Assembly: GCA_013239625.1 (NCBI GenBank)
Contig: MU054187.1
Coordinates: 23,498,795 to 23,562,794, forward strand
From: Lama guanicoe
Lineage: Eukaryota
DNA: 64,000 nt
Direction: 5' to 3'
The notes under the pieces are model-generated. The model saw only the letters and a program-made list of their open reading frames with translations. It had not been told where the DNA came from and ran no database searches. Below are positions 23,621 to 35,920 of this stretch, piece by piece; position 1 is the stretch's first letter, and every line of letters starts with the position of its first letter. A program made the position numbers and the translations under genes.

Positions 23621-24439
23621 TCTTTCTTACTAACCTAGAATATAGGAATATAGTGGGGTAAAATAACAGCCATAGCCTAGCAGTCATAAAGCCTAAGATT
23701 CTAGACTTGACTCTGTAAATACAAAATCTGATCAATTTATAGACAATCTGAACAAAAACATAATTATCTTAGAGGGTCTGTTTCTCATTAAAAAAAACCA
23801 AACTCCCCTACTAGTGGTGAGTGTGCACAGTGAAGTCTCTTTGGTGCAAACTCTCAGAGACACATGGTCTGACTTTCTGCAATCAGACCCCTGCTGATGG
23901 CCCCTCCGTGTTGCTCACTCCTGGATCATCGCAATAACTCCTGAGACAAAGAGACAATCCTACGTATATATTTCTTAACTCCAAAAATTTAGTTGAGCAT
24001 CAAAGAGTTTGGGCTGTTATTTTTCTAAGGGTTATGTTCCTAAGTGAAAAACTTAACAGGACTGAATGTGAAATGTAAAGTTTTATGTGGATGACTTGTT
24101 ACAGATGCAAATAATTTCACTAAACTTCCTGGGTGTCATTTTTAGGAAAACTCTTTCCCAACAACTTCTACGATTCCTATAACCAACACTTTTTCCATTC
24201 TGGAGTTTCTGTCCGGGGGAAATGGATGAAACCCTAGGGCCGATCACCTGTCTGACATTAACACACTGAAATGAGCCATTCAGACTTCTAGGGTCCACCT
24301 GACTCTCAAAGAATAACTGACTGACTACCAGTGTGAAACAAATTAGAGGGTTTGAAAATAAACAGAAGTCAAAAGAAAAATAATATAATATGTGTCAGCT
24401 TTAATAAAAATATTAGCTATCTTTATTAAAAGTTTACTA

Positions 24440-24650
24440 ACGGCGCTTTGGATATTTTGAACATTTTACCTGTATTTTCTCATTTAATTCTTAGAATTCT
24501 CCAATGAGTCAGTCACTATTATTATGTCCATTTAAAAATGACAGAACAAGGCTTGGAGACGTTACACACAACTTGCAAGATCACGTGGTAAGATACTGAT
24601 AGATTTCAAATTTCTCTCAGTGTGATTTCAGAGATCATCCTTTTAATTAC
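24440..24650 (-). mobile_element. MIR SINE fragment
   Basis: TCTCATTTAATTCTTAG...ACTATTATTATGTCCATTTAAAAATGACAGAACAAGGCTTGGAGACGTTA. Confidence 0.65.
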
Positions 24651-24719
24651 TACAGTAAATCACACAGCTATAAAAAATTAGCATGCATAACTGATTCTGA
24701 TGTAGCCATGTGAAAACAA

Positions 24720-27000
24720 TTTCATTCGTTAAATCATCCATTCATTTTATTGCATGCCTACCATGAGTTAGGTACTAATCTAGGCTCTGATGATACAGTA
24801 GTAAACAAAACATACCCCCCAAACCTCTGCCCTCCTAGCATTTACATTATAATGGGGGAGACTAGAGAAAAATGCAACAGAAAAGTAAGATGCATAGGAT
24901 GGTTACATAGTGAAAAAAGATAAGGAGAAATGATAAGGCAGAGAAAGGATGAGGTCAGAGAGGAAACGGCGTCTAGAGTGTATATGGAATTTGAGATAAC
25001 AGTAATGGTTTTGGTTTCTAGTCTGACAGCAGCGGGGATTACTGAAAGTTTCTGAGCAGAGGAGAGACATTATCTGATTTAACATTTTGACAGGATCACT
25101 CTGGTGATTACTCTCGATAATCAAGTGCAGCGGGCAAGGGAAGCAGTACGATTAAATCTCTGAAGTTAGTGCAATAATTTGGGCAAAGATGCTCACGACC
25201 TGGACCACAGTGGGAGTAATGGAGGGAGGCAGAAGCAGTAAAATTCTTGATGCTTTTTGCAAGGAGAACCATATGGTTTCTTAAAGACGGAAGATGTGAG
25301 AAAAAAAAAGTTCAAAGAAAAAACACAATGGTTTTTAACACCAGCCACTAGAAGAATGAAAATGCCAGTCACTTGAGATGCAGCCAACCCTAGGAAAATC
25401 TGTTTTTCTTGCCTTTATTTTTTCCCCCAGTTGAGGTGAGAGATGGGTAGCACTACCAGGAACTCATTCTTTGAGTGTTAAGTTAGAGATGCCTCTTAAA
25501 TATTCAACTGGAGATTCAAATACATATATGAATTCCCACATAGGCATACGGAACTCAGGGGCAGGTTCAAGCTAAAAGCATAGACTTGGGATAGGTGAGT
25601 GCACAAAGGAGGAGCATGGACTGTCAAATTACAGTAACAGAAATGAGGGTGAAATATAAGAGCACAGAGTCTGGTAGGCGGGCAGAAGTGGTGGTGGAAG
25701 ATTAAAAAAGATCTCTTCATAATGCTTAGTGAAACTGGAAGATTTTGTCAACTGAGATAAAAATATGGAGGAAAATGGAGAGAGAAGAAAGTCTGAAATA
25801 TTTGAACAGGGTAGCTATAAAAAAATGAACTTGGAAAATACGAAATAATTGCCAGACAGCATTCATGATCATGAATTTCAAGTGAGATTGGTTTCACTGT
25901 GCATGTCTTTGTCCCCCAGTCTTACTCAGCTTGTGTGTATGCAGATAATCAGGTGGCAGTGCTAATTTCACCAAAGTTTTGGCATCACTAAGTGAATGCA
26001 AAAAGCAGAGGAAAAAAAACAAGGATCGGTGGGTATATGTAACGGGGTGACTTTTTTCACACCATGGTATTTATGTCATGTAAGGAAAGAAGCAATTACA
26101 TTATGGACTGAAGGAGGTCTGTGGCAAGATAAGGTGATATGATCAATTTAAGATCAACTCTTGAAGTTTAGTGTTGTCAAAGGAGACTTGGAGTCACGAT
26201 GTAGCAGGAGTGAGCTGCAAAGTGGGAGCTTTTACTGAGTAGTGGAGCTGCTCAGGGGTAGTCAGAGCAGGCATGTGACACTGACGTTTGTAAGAGTGAG
26301 GCCAAGGCAGTGACTCTCTGAGTTAGGGTGGATACAAACTCACTGGAGAGGGGAAGCCAGTAACTCAGAGGGCTGAACGCTGGAGAAAGTATCTATATGA
26401 CTGTTGAGCCAGGATGAAAATAAGGGAAGTGTTGAAGGGGGTGGGATCAAACCAGGAGATGAAATGATCAAGGGACAGGGAGAATGACGTGAGGGTTAGA
26501 AGCTAGGACGACAGCAAGGAGAAACAGTGGATGGAATAGTCAACACTTGAAGTTTCTGTGGAGAAGGGGGAGGAATATGATTATGAAGAAGCATTGAAAA
26601 GGAAAAAAAGAAAAAAGGAGGACACGTACTATGACCCCAGTCCTGCCGTAGAAGGAATATGGGGAAGAAAACAGGTGCCATTTTGAAGGAATGTAAGAGA
26701 AGGAGTATAGTCAATGGAGAGACCAATTTTAGTTACAAAAAAGAACCTATAGGGAACATTCTAAAAAAAATTTTTTTATTAATGAGATTTTGTTGACGAT
26801 TGACTTGTAATTTCTCTGGATTGAACAGTTTCAGAAGATAGAGAAGGAAGGAAATTGGAGGCAGGAATGGCCGTGTACAAGTCATGTGGGAATCAGAGAC
26901 CAAGGGGTGAGGGGTGCCCTGAGCGTCCTGTGCTGCCTCAGATGAACAGACGAAAGGACCTAAAGGTGAGCCTCGTGAGCCCAAGATATTAAATGTAAGA
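24720..27000 (-). mobile_element. Long degenerate L2 element (fragmented)
   Basis: Begins with the L2 3' end (TTCATTCGTT...TTTTATTGCATGCCTACCATGAGTTAGGTACTAATCTAGGCTCTG), followed by purine-rich L2 body (TTTCTGAGCAGAGGAGAGACATTATCTGATTTAACATTTT). The distal part is less certain. Confidence 0.7.
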
Positions 27001-27749
27001 GATTATCAATACCTTAAGAATACATTTAAATGAGTTAAAGAATATGACTTAAGGAGAAAACAAGGAGTGAAATTACAGAAGGGACACAGGGAAAAATATA
27101 TAGTGGTGGAAAGGACAACTGCTGGTAACTGCCTTTGCTTAAATGTTTGCTATTTCTCCACTGCCTTCAAGATACTTCCACATTCTTTAGCAAGGTAACC
27201 AAGACCCATCATCCATAAGCCCTTGCCTCTCCTGTCCAACACTATCTCCCATTTCTTTTCCTTGTGTGACTCACCTTCTAATCAAGGAAATATATGCTTG
27301 TTCAGTCTTTAAGGTGTCTCCATTAACTGCTTCTTTCTGGAATTGAAACACAGCCTCCCTTTCCTAATGTGTTGGATTCATTATCCAGCTGACTTGACGC
27401 ATCTCAACGGTTACCTTCTCTATGACATCCTTCCCCCAAGGGGTGCTGTCACCATGTGCTCTCATTGGCTCCAACAGTCCTTTGTGCATCACCTTATCAT
27501 AAAAATTAGTAGCATTTTCTTGGCATCATCTTAGGGCAAATCTTCCCCATATATTTAGAATACTTTTAAAGTCTGAAATTGTGCATCCTTTATCTTGGAG
27601 TCCTCAATTCAAAGGCATTGCCTGACGTATAGTGGGTGATTAACCTTTAAATGAGCTGAATGAATGAATTGGTTTTCAGGGAGTAAAGGACTAATTAGAA
27701 TTTGTGCAGTAAAGAATACAATGAAGTTTCCACCTAAATATGGTTCAGA

Positions 27750-28270
27750 TTTTTTCTTTCTCCCCCGTTTTACTGACATATAATTGACAAATAAAATTGT
27801 AAGATATTTAAAGCATACATACATCATGATGATTCGATATACGTATACATTTTGAAAGAATTTCTCTCACTTAGTTAACCCATCCATTATCTATCTTTCT
27901 TTCTTTGCTTTCTTTTCTTTCTTTTCTTTGCTTTCTTTGCTTTCTTTTCTTTCTTTTCCTTTCTTTCTTTCTCTCTTTCTTTTTCTTTCTCTCTTTTCTC
28001 TCTTTCTCTCTTTTCTTTCCTTCCTTCTTTCCTTTTTTCTTCCTTCCTTCCTTCCTTTCTTTCTCTTTTTCTCTTCCTTCCTTCCTTTCTTCCTCTCTAT
28101 CCCTTTTTCTCTCTTTTTCTTTCTTTCCTGAGAAGTCTCTTATCAAATTTCAATTATACAATGCAGTTTATCAACTATAGTCACCATGTTACACATTAGA
28201 TTGTTAGACCTCATACATCTTATAAATGAAACTTTGTACTCCTTTACCAACTATACCCCTCCACCCCTAG
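27750..28270 (-). mobile_element. L1 (L1MA-like) 3' UTR fragment with an expanded internal microsatellite
   Basis: TTTACTGACATATAATTGACAAATAAAATTGTAAGATATTTAAAG... then CAAATTTCAATTATACAAT...CAACTATAGTCACCATGTTACACATTAGAT. Confidence 0.8.
27893..28128 (+). repeat. Compound (TTTC)n/(TTCC)n/(TC)n pyrimidine tract, about 235 nt
   Basis: Seen directly. It generates the spurious K/E/R-rich and F/L/S-rich ORFs. Confidence 0.95.
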
Positions 28271-30857
28271 AATTATTTTCTGACTATCATGGAGTGGTAA
28301 GAAAATGAGATGAGATGAGAGAAGACTGAGGAGGTCACCACCCTCATATGGCTTCAGACAATGGAACTAAACAATCAAAACTCATTAAATGTCAATAAAT
28401 TCCTCAATAAATGTCAACAGATACTTGGCATTTGATGGTAATGAAGGAGGCAAGAAGACATCAGGGTTGTGTCTCAGAGGAAACTCACAGGCCAGAGGAA
28501 GACAGGAAAGAAAAGGAGTCACAAGCATTTTTACATGTTAAACATCTATCACCAACTGTACAAAGAACATCTTTGTGATATCAAATCAGAGGCACCAACG
28601 TTAAGATATAAATCTGATATTGACAAGACTCAGTGCAAATGCATATAACATGCAAAGTAGTAGGACAGGTGTACGTTTAGCTTCTGGGCACGCCCACCCC
28701 CCAGTCCACGTGGAAAGATGCCCGGAATGTGCCATCAGTGAGCTAGAAGTGAAAGAGATGTTTTGTCAAGAACAGACCTCATGAAAAAACCAAGATCTAT
28801 CAAGCAGCCAAAGGACCAACAAAAACACAAGGCAGTGGAACCCAGAGCAGAAGACTCAAGAGTTGGCACTCAGGGTTGCCAGGAAGCTATGGTGACAATT
28901 GAGGTCAGGAAGATGATAGCACTGGTTCAGAAAATCCCTCCAGACTCTCCTGGTCTTCTTTCATCAAAACAGATACAACTTCTTTGTCAGACAGTCCCAA
29001 GGTGGCCTTAGAGAAATTATATCTTATTTTTATTCTTCAAAAGAAGAAAAAAATATCCAACCTTCATAACCTTCCTTCTTGTATATTACATCAGCTTCTC
29101 TGGAGAAAAAGTATCCTGAACTTTGTTCTTAGATAAACACATAGGAGCTCATTCTGTCACTCTGGGTCAGATAAATACTGCTTTTAGTCATCCATCAACA
29201 CTTTGAACCTTGTTGAATTAACAAGTGCCTCAAATCTCTCCCAGGAAAATAGCCTCTTAATCACAAATAATTTTTTTTTGATTAGTAAGAGAAATGCAAA
29301 ACCAAAAAGTAAAGTGATAATAGCAAATATTACATTTCATGTATCTGTTCTCTTCAGGTCAATCAAGTTTTTCCAAGCACCATTTTTAAGGGTGGAGTTA
29401 TTCCTTATCTGAAGAATAAGCAAGGCTTTAGAAGAAAATTAATAGGCTCACGATATGAACCTATGACCTCTTGAGTTTGCCACAGTGCTTTTTAATCAGA
29501 AATACTGGCCAATACCTCCAAGTAATTACCATTCTTCAGATGATTGACAATAACATAATTAAACCTTACTTTCAGCTTCACAACGGTTTTAAAGGGTAAG
29601 CTGTTAAATGAAGTACCACCCTGTGATTTGAATTCCACTTGGAATGAAAGTTGTTGGCACGTAAAGAGTTTTTAGACAATTAAAATGCACCAGACCTCTT
29701 TCCTAATGATGAAAATAATAATTGTTCCTGTAACTTATCATTAATTCACACAATTCAAGATTCTCAATTGCAATATGCCTTGATCTTATCACTATGCAGG
29801 CAACAAAGGAGAAATTAGCTTCCTGATTCTTAATACAGAAATAGTACTTGCCTCTTTTGTAAGATTTCCAGTTTTGAGCTTGTTGCTTTCAATTGAATCT
29901 CTAATCTTCCTTCCTTTGTATTCTCCAATATAATTTCAGAACCCTGAACTGTATGCTATGACATATAATGCATTAATCATTTCCTTGTCATAATTATGTC
30001 TTTATATTTTACTCTAAGCTCTTTCACCCCCTCCATGCATTTTCATATGCTGTTCCCTCTGCCGACAACATAGCCTGAATGTCAAAAATGACTATACAAT
30101 ATTTCATACATAAAATTGTTATAAATAATTCTAACATTTATAATCCTATAAACCTATTCAAACACTAGCACCACTGAATCCACCTCTGGTTTCTCTCTTA
30201 TCTCACACCTTTGGCTGTTCCAGTCTCTCCAGGGGCAATCACTAGCCTGAGCTTTCAATTTCTCAATCCCTTGCTCATATTTAATCAAACATCTATATTT
30301 GATTTAGATAAATTATAGCTTTAAAAAGATGGTATCATTCTATATGTCATCTTCTGAAACTTGCAAAACCTCAGCATTTTTTTTCTAATATATATCTTCT
30401 GCTTACCTCTTTGTCAGTCTTACAAAATCTTACTAATCTTTTAAAACAAAACTCAGAATCACCCCTTCTGTGAAGCCTTCTCCAATTCCCCAAGTAAATT
30501 TAGTTCCTCTGTCTCTGTGTATCCTTGGTCTTTTGTACATAACTTGATTGTGACACATATCATACTTGCATAGACCACAATAACAGCTTCTGATGCATAG
30601 AAATTCTTAATATTTACTTGGAGGTTAAATGAGAACAAACTTGAGCAAATTCATAATTTTAAATATTTAAATATGTGAATTAAAAATACTGAAATCCATG
30701 GCTAGCAATACAATTCAGAAATCATCATCAAATTTTTGATTAGTGGAAATTACGCCAGTGTGTGATAGATAGGGAGGCAGGATCTTCTTAAACCTCGGTC
30801 CACTCAGACAATTCGCACATTGGTTTTGCCAGTTGAGAAGCTAAAGAAATATATGGG

Positions 30858-31862
30858 CATTCTGACTGGTGTGAGGTGATACCTCATTGTAGTTTTGATT
30901 TGCATTTCTCTGATAATTAGTGATGTTGAGCATTTTTTCATGTGCCTGTTGATCATTTGTACTTCTTTCTTAGAGAATTGCTTGTTAGGTCTTCTGCCTA
31001 TTTTTGGGTTGGGTTGTTTGATTTTTTCTTATTAAGTCGTATGAGCTGCTTATATATTCTGGAGATCAAGCCTTTGTCAGTTTCATTTGCAAAAATTTTC
31101 TCCCATTCCATAGGTTGTCTTTTTGTTTTACTTATGGTTTCCTTTGCTGTGCAGAAGCTTGTAAGTTTAATTAGGTCCCATTTGTTTATTCTTGCTTTTA
31201 TTTCTATTGCTTGGGTAGGCTACACTAGGAGAACATTTTTGAGATGTATGTCAGATAATGTTTTGCTGCTCCTGGGGCATATATCCAGAAGGAATCCTAC
31301 TTCAAAATGACACCTGCACCCCAATGTTCATAGAAGCACTATTTACAATAGCCAAGACATGGAAACAGCCTAAATGTCCATCAACAGATGGCTGGATAAA
31401 GAAGAGGTGGTATATTTATACAATGGAATACTATTCAGCCATAAAAACTGACAACATAATGCCATTTGCAGCAACATGGATGCTCCTGGAGAATGTCATT
31501 CTAAGTGAAGTAAGCCAGAAAGAGAAAGAAAAATACCATATGAGATCGCTCATTTGTGGAATCTAAAAAAAAATACACAACAGAAAGATTCATAAGACAT
31601 AGAATACAAACTTGGGGTTGCCAAGGGGGAGAGGGGGTGGGAAGGGATAGACTGGGATTTCAAAATGTAGAATAGATAAACAAGCTTATACTCTATAGCA
31701 CAGGGAAATATATACAAGATCTTACAGCAGCTCACAGTGAAAAAAATGTGACAAAGAATATATGTATGTTCATGTATAACTGAAAAATTGTGCTCTACAC
31801 TGGAATTTGACACAACATTATAAAATGACTATGACTCAATTAAAAAAATGTTAAAAAAAAAA
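30858..31862 (+). mobile_element. Young 5'-inverted (twin-primed) L1 with 15-bp TSD
   Basis: 30858-~31265 is ORF2 sequence in minus orientation. ~31266-31862 is the ORF2 end, 3' UTR and poly(A) in plus orientation. TSD AAAGAAATATATGGG (30843-30857) and AAAGAAATACATGGG (31863-31877). Confidence 0.92.
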
Positions 31863-31877
31863 AAAGAAATACATGGG

Positions 31878-32328
31878 AGTCAAACTCTAAGACGGCTCAA
31901 GTAATTGCCGCCTCCTGGTATTGCATTGTCTCTGATTGCTGTGGTGGAAGTGATAGCATCTGATTTCCACACTTAGGTCCCAATACATATCACAACTTCC
32001 TCCTTGGTTCTTTCTCTCTCTCCCTCACTACTCACTCTGGAGAATCCAGCTCCCATGTTGTGTGAACAGCTCTACACAGAAGGGAGAGGACCACATGGAG
32101 GACCGAGGCCTCCTGCCAACAGCCACATGATTGAGCTTGGAAGTAGATTCTCCAGTCCCTTCAAATAACTGTAACCCCAGCCAATAATTTCACTGTATGT
32201 TCATGATGTATCTTGAATCAGCTGCTTCTGGATTCCTGACCCTCAGAACTACGTGAGATAATAAATGTTTATTGTTTTAAGTTGCTAAGTTTGGGGGAAT
32301 ATATTACGCAGCAGTAGACAAGAAATAT
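31878..32328 (+). mobile_element. MaLR solo LTR (MLT1F-like)
   Basis: GAGGCCTCCTGCCAACAGCCAC...GAGCTTGGAAGTAGATTCTCCAG...TTCCTGACCCTCAGAAC...GAGATAATAAATGTTTATTGTTTTAAGTTGCTAAGTTTGGGG. Confidence 0.8.
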
Positions 32329-32621
32329 GGGACATTTGAGCACCCTACCTTCTCACCATTTGGTTAGGATTAGGAGATAGGCAAGAAAAACTGAAAAACA
32401 AAAACAAACAAACAAAAACAACTGAGCAGAAAAGGAAGCTACTGTGAAGAGTCTTAGTATTTGTACAGTACTCCTGAGATGAAAAAGGGCCTTAAACATT
32501 GTCTAGTCCAATTACCTCTACATAAACTGAAAACTTTGGCAGAGACCCTAAGTCTGAGGGAAAGTGGGTGGCTGAACATTTCTAAAGATGAAAATCTAAA
32601 GATCAGCTATTTTCCTGTCTC

Positions 32622-33112
32622 TTTTTTATTATTATTATTATTGAGTTATAGTCAGTTTACAATGCTGTGTCAATTTCCAGTGTAGAGCACAATTTTTCAG
32701 TTATACATGAACATACATACATTCATTGTTGCATTCTTTTTCACTGTGAGCTACCACAAGATCTTGTATATATTTCTGTGTGCTATACAGTATAATCTTG
32801 TTTATCTATTCTACATATGCCTGTGAGTATCTAAAAGTTTCAAACTCCCAGTCTGTCCCTTCCCACTCCCCTTCCCGGCAACCACAAGTTTGTATTCTAT
32901 GTCTATGAATCTGTTTCTGTTTTGTATTTATGTTCCTTTTTTTTTTTTTTTTTAATTTCCAAATATGAGTGTTCTCATATGGTATTTTTCTTTATCTTTC
33001 TGGCTTACTTCATTTAGAATGACATTCTCCAGGGAAATCCACATTGCAGCAAATGGCATTATGTTGTCATTTTTATGGCTGAATAGTATTCCATTGTATA
33101 AATATAGCACAT
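32622..33112 (-). mobile_element. Young 5'-truncated L1 3' end, closely related to the element at 31266-31862
   Basis: Reverse complement of 31410-31860, e.g. TCCAGTGTAGAGCACAATTTTTCAGTTATACATGAACATACATA versus TATGTATGTTCATGTATAACTGAAAAATTGTGCTCTACACTGGA. (TTA)n tail at 32622-32642. Confidence 0.92.
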
Positions 33113-35583
33113 TTTGTTTTCTTTCCAATGTGGAAAACCTGAAACCTTGGTTTCACCTTTACTATTCTCTTTGCAATTCACTGAAGACAGGGCTACTCTC
33201 TTGGTGACTAACAAAATCTGTGGTCCCTGAAGAAGAGCCAGAAAAGTCTGATTGGCATGTGAAAAAAAGACCAAGAAGGAAATACTATCTACTAAGCATT
33301 TATTATGAACCAGAAGGATATCATTGGATTTGTCATTGAAACTTCATGACCTGTATTTTCTCACTTCCTCCTACCAATAACATGTTCAGGGGCTACAGAG
33401 CTTGCTCAGTCAGGCTGCCCTTACAAGACAGAGTTGGGCTCTACCCTGTATTCCAGCCGTCTAGTTCCAGACAAGAGTTGGGTCACAGCTGGGCTCTGCC
33501 AGGAAGGAGGGGTGGAAACCAATCTTGTGTAAGACTTTCTCACGTTTCTTTCTTCTACTTCCAGTCTTCCATCAAGCTTCTCGTTCCTCAAGGGCCTGGT
33601 GCCCTTCTCTTGCCTTCATTCTGTTCACTGTCCCTCAGCACCTTACCCGGGCTGGGCTGCGCCCCCAGGGGTCTCAAGCTCCAGAATAATTCTTTGGCTC
33701 CTCCTCTGCATGCTTTCTCCCAGTTAAGTCAGACATAGTTTGAAAATAAAAAGCCTTATTATTGCAATTATTTATTAGTTGCTTAACATAAGCAAATATA
33801 ATGCACTGAAGGTTACAATTATGAACAGCACTGATATGTGTGTCAGATAAATTAGACTGAGTTTTATTTAATGACAAATCTAATTTTCATTCATATACTC
33901 TCAAACCTTTAAAGGGTTTGGTTGTATATAGTACCATTAATGATGTCCCAAGGCTAGAATAATTTTAAAAAGTCTTTATAAAGTGTTATAAAAGCAACAG
34001 GAAGAATATCAGTTAATATTCACATGTACTAAGTCTCATCATATTAGTTTTGTTATTATCATATATTAAGAAATGAAGACTTTCATAGAGTGTGTGATTT
34101 TGCCAAAATCACCCAGTAAGTAGTAGGAACTGATTTAAGCCCCTTATAGTCTAGGCTGATAACCCCGAACTTAGTCTGCTGAAGAAATGGATTTCTCCTT
34201 TTTTTCTCAGCCTTAAACATCTCCTCAAGTCTTCTGTGTGTGCACATAAGAGATGAGGGCCACCCCGCCAAGCCACCTGCATCAGAGCTCTTTCTAAACA
34301 TCTGTAATAATAATCTCTATTTCTTGCCTCCACTAAATTAGTGCTAAACTTAATATTTTAAAATGTACTTCCTCAGTACACTTCTGGCTGCTCAAAATGT
34401 TTTAATCATTTCCATTGCCTCTAATTTTTAATTAAATCTAAAAGCCTTGTAGCAAAGAAAATATTTTCAAAAGGAAAGGAAATAGTACTGCTACAGTTAG
34501 GAGAAAGGTCAGAGTACATTGACTTTCATTTTCAAATTCTATTTCAAAGCAATTCTGCGTCAGTTGAGGAGGGTTTGCTGGGGATATTACAGAGTTTGCC
34601 TGTTTGGATGCAGGTAGGTTTGAAGGATGACTCTTGTCTACTTTAATAAGGTATTAATTAAACATCAGGCACTTAAAATATAAGGAAAGCAAACAGCCTT
34701 TTAATAGATCTTCCAAAAACCAGTAAAGGTGTTTTCAAAGATATGCGACTACCAAACATTCATCGTTCATAATTTAATACACACTTTAGAATAAATCAAT
34801 ATATTTAAAACAACTCAGGTCCACGTTAGCCAGGTAAGGCGGACACCTAGGAAAATATTTGGGTAATCAAGGCCGAGGTAAATGTTTTCCTCCTTTAGGC
34901 TGTAGTTTGGATGGAAAGCCTGCTTTTAGTGGATTAGATGTGTCTTCACTAAATTCAAAAAAATCCTAAAAATCTCAAGGTTGGCTGTGGCTAGTGGCAC
35001 CACGATATTGACAAGAATTGTTTCCCGTCTCCTGCTGAGCCTAGCTAGAGTCTAAGGACGTTCTCATTACGTCCCACGTCATTTAGTCACGTGTGGTTTA
35101 TCTGTGCTGCACTCTCCCCGCTGGCCGCTCAGTGTAATGGTCAGGATGATTCTGGAAGCTCACTTTCCTCTCTCTGTGGCTAGAGCAAAAGAGATCAATT
35201 TTACTGTCTGCTTAAACAAAAAGTCATCTTAAAATAAATTGCAAAGTCACTTTTCAGGAGCTGATTTTAATTACATGCCCTTTTACTGTATATGAACCAT
35301 AAGTACCGTTTATCCAGTCATAATTCTCAGTATGACTAGTGTAATAATCTGGGTATTACGTGCTGCAATTTCCAGATCACCCCAATTATGTGACATACAT
35401 TATTTTAGTAATTACTAATTGTCCTCTATGTGTAAGGAACTATTTACAGAATCATTGATAAACAATTTATCTTAACAGGTAATTGATTTTCCCACTGTGT
35501 GCCAGACAATATGAAGTGCCAGGGTCTCAAAAGATAAATTTCCCCAAGCCCTTTGTTCTTAATTACAAAACTGAATGTTTAGC

Positions 35584-35750
35584 TCAGTGATTCTGAGCCC
35601 TTCTGGGCTCACAAGCTCCTCAGAGAATCTGAGAAACGATGGAACTTCTCCCGCCAAAAATGAATGCATTAGTACTGCGGTGCATGGGATTTTGAAGTTA
35701 ATTTTAACTCTTCTTAAGTCTTTTTGGACAGGCCAGATTAAAAATCCTAA
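35584..35750. mobile_element. hAT-Charlie MITE (MER103-like)
   Basis: CAGTGATTCTGAGCCCTTCTGGGCTCACAAGCTCCTCAGAGAATCTGAG...CCAGATTAAAAATCCT resembles the recalled consensus. Confidence 0.5.
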
Positions 35751-35779
35751 CTCAGCTATAGCCTGTAGAGAAATCAGTA

Positions 35780-35920
35780 AATTACAAACCTCTGTGTGGT
35801 TCAGTTTATTTGTAAAGTGGGTCTAACATAACCTACTTACAAGGCTGTTGGTGGATTAACCAACATGTATATCAAATATTTTGCACAATACCTAAAAATA
35901 TATTAGTGTTTAAAGACTGG
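35780..35920 (+). mobile_element. MIR SINE fragment
   Basis: AACCTCTGTGTGGTTCAGTTTATTTGTAAAGTGGG...ACCTACTTACAAGGCTGTTG. Confidence 0.6.

Noticed and set aside
27871..28180. K/E/R-rich and F/L/S-rich ORFs
   Set aside because: They are translations of the (TTTC)n microsatellite.
30942..31566. ORFs of 122 and 102 aa
   Set aside because: They are antisense and sense readings of the twin-primed L1.
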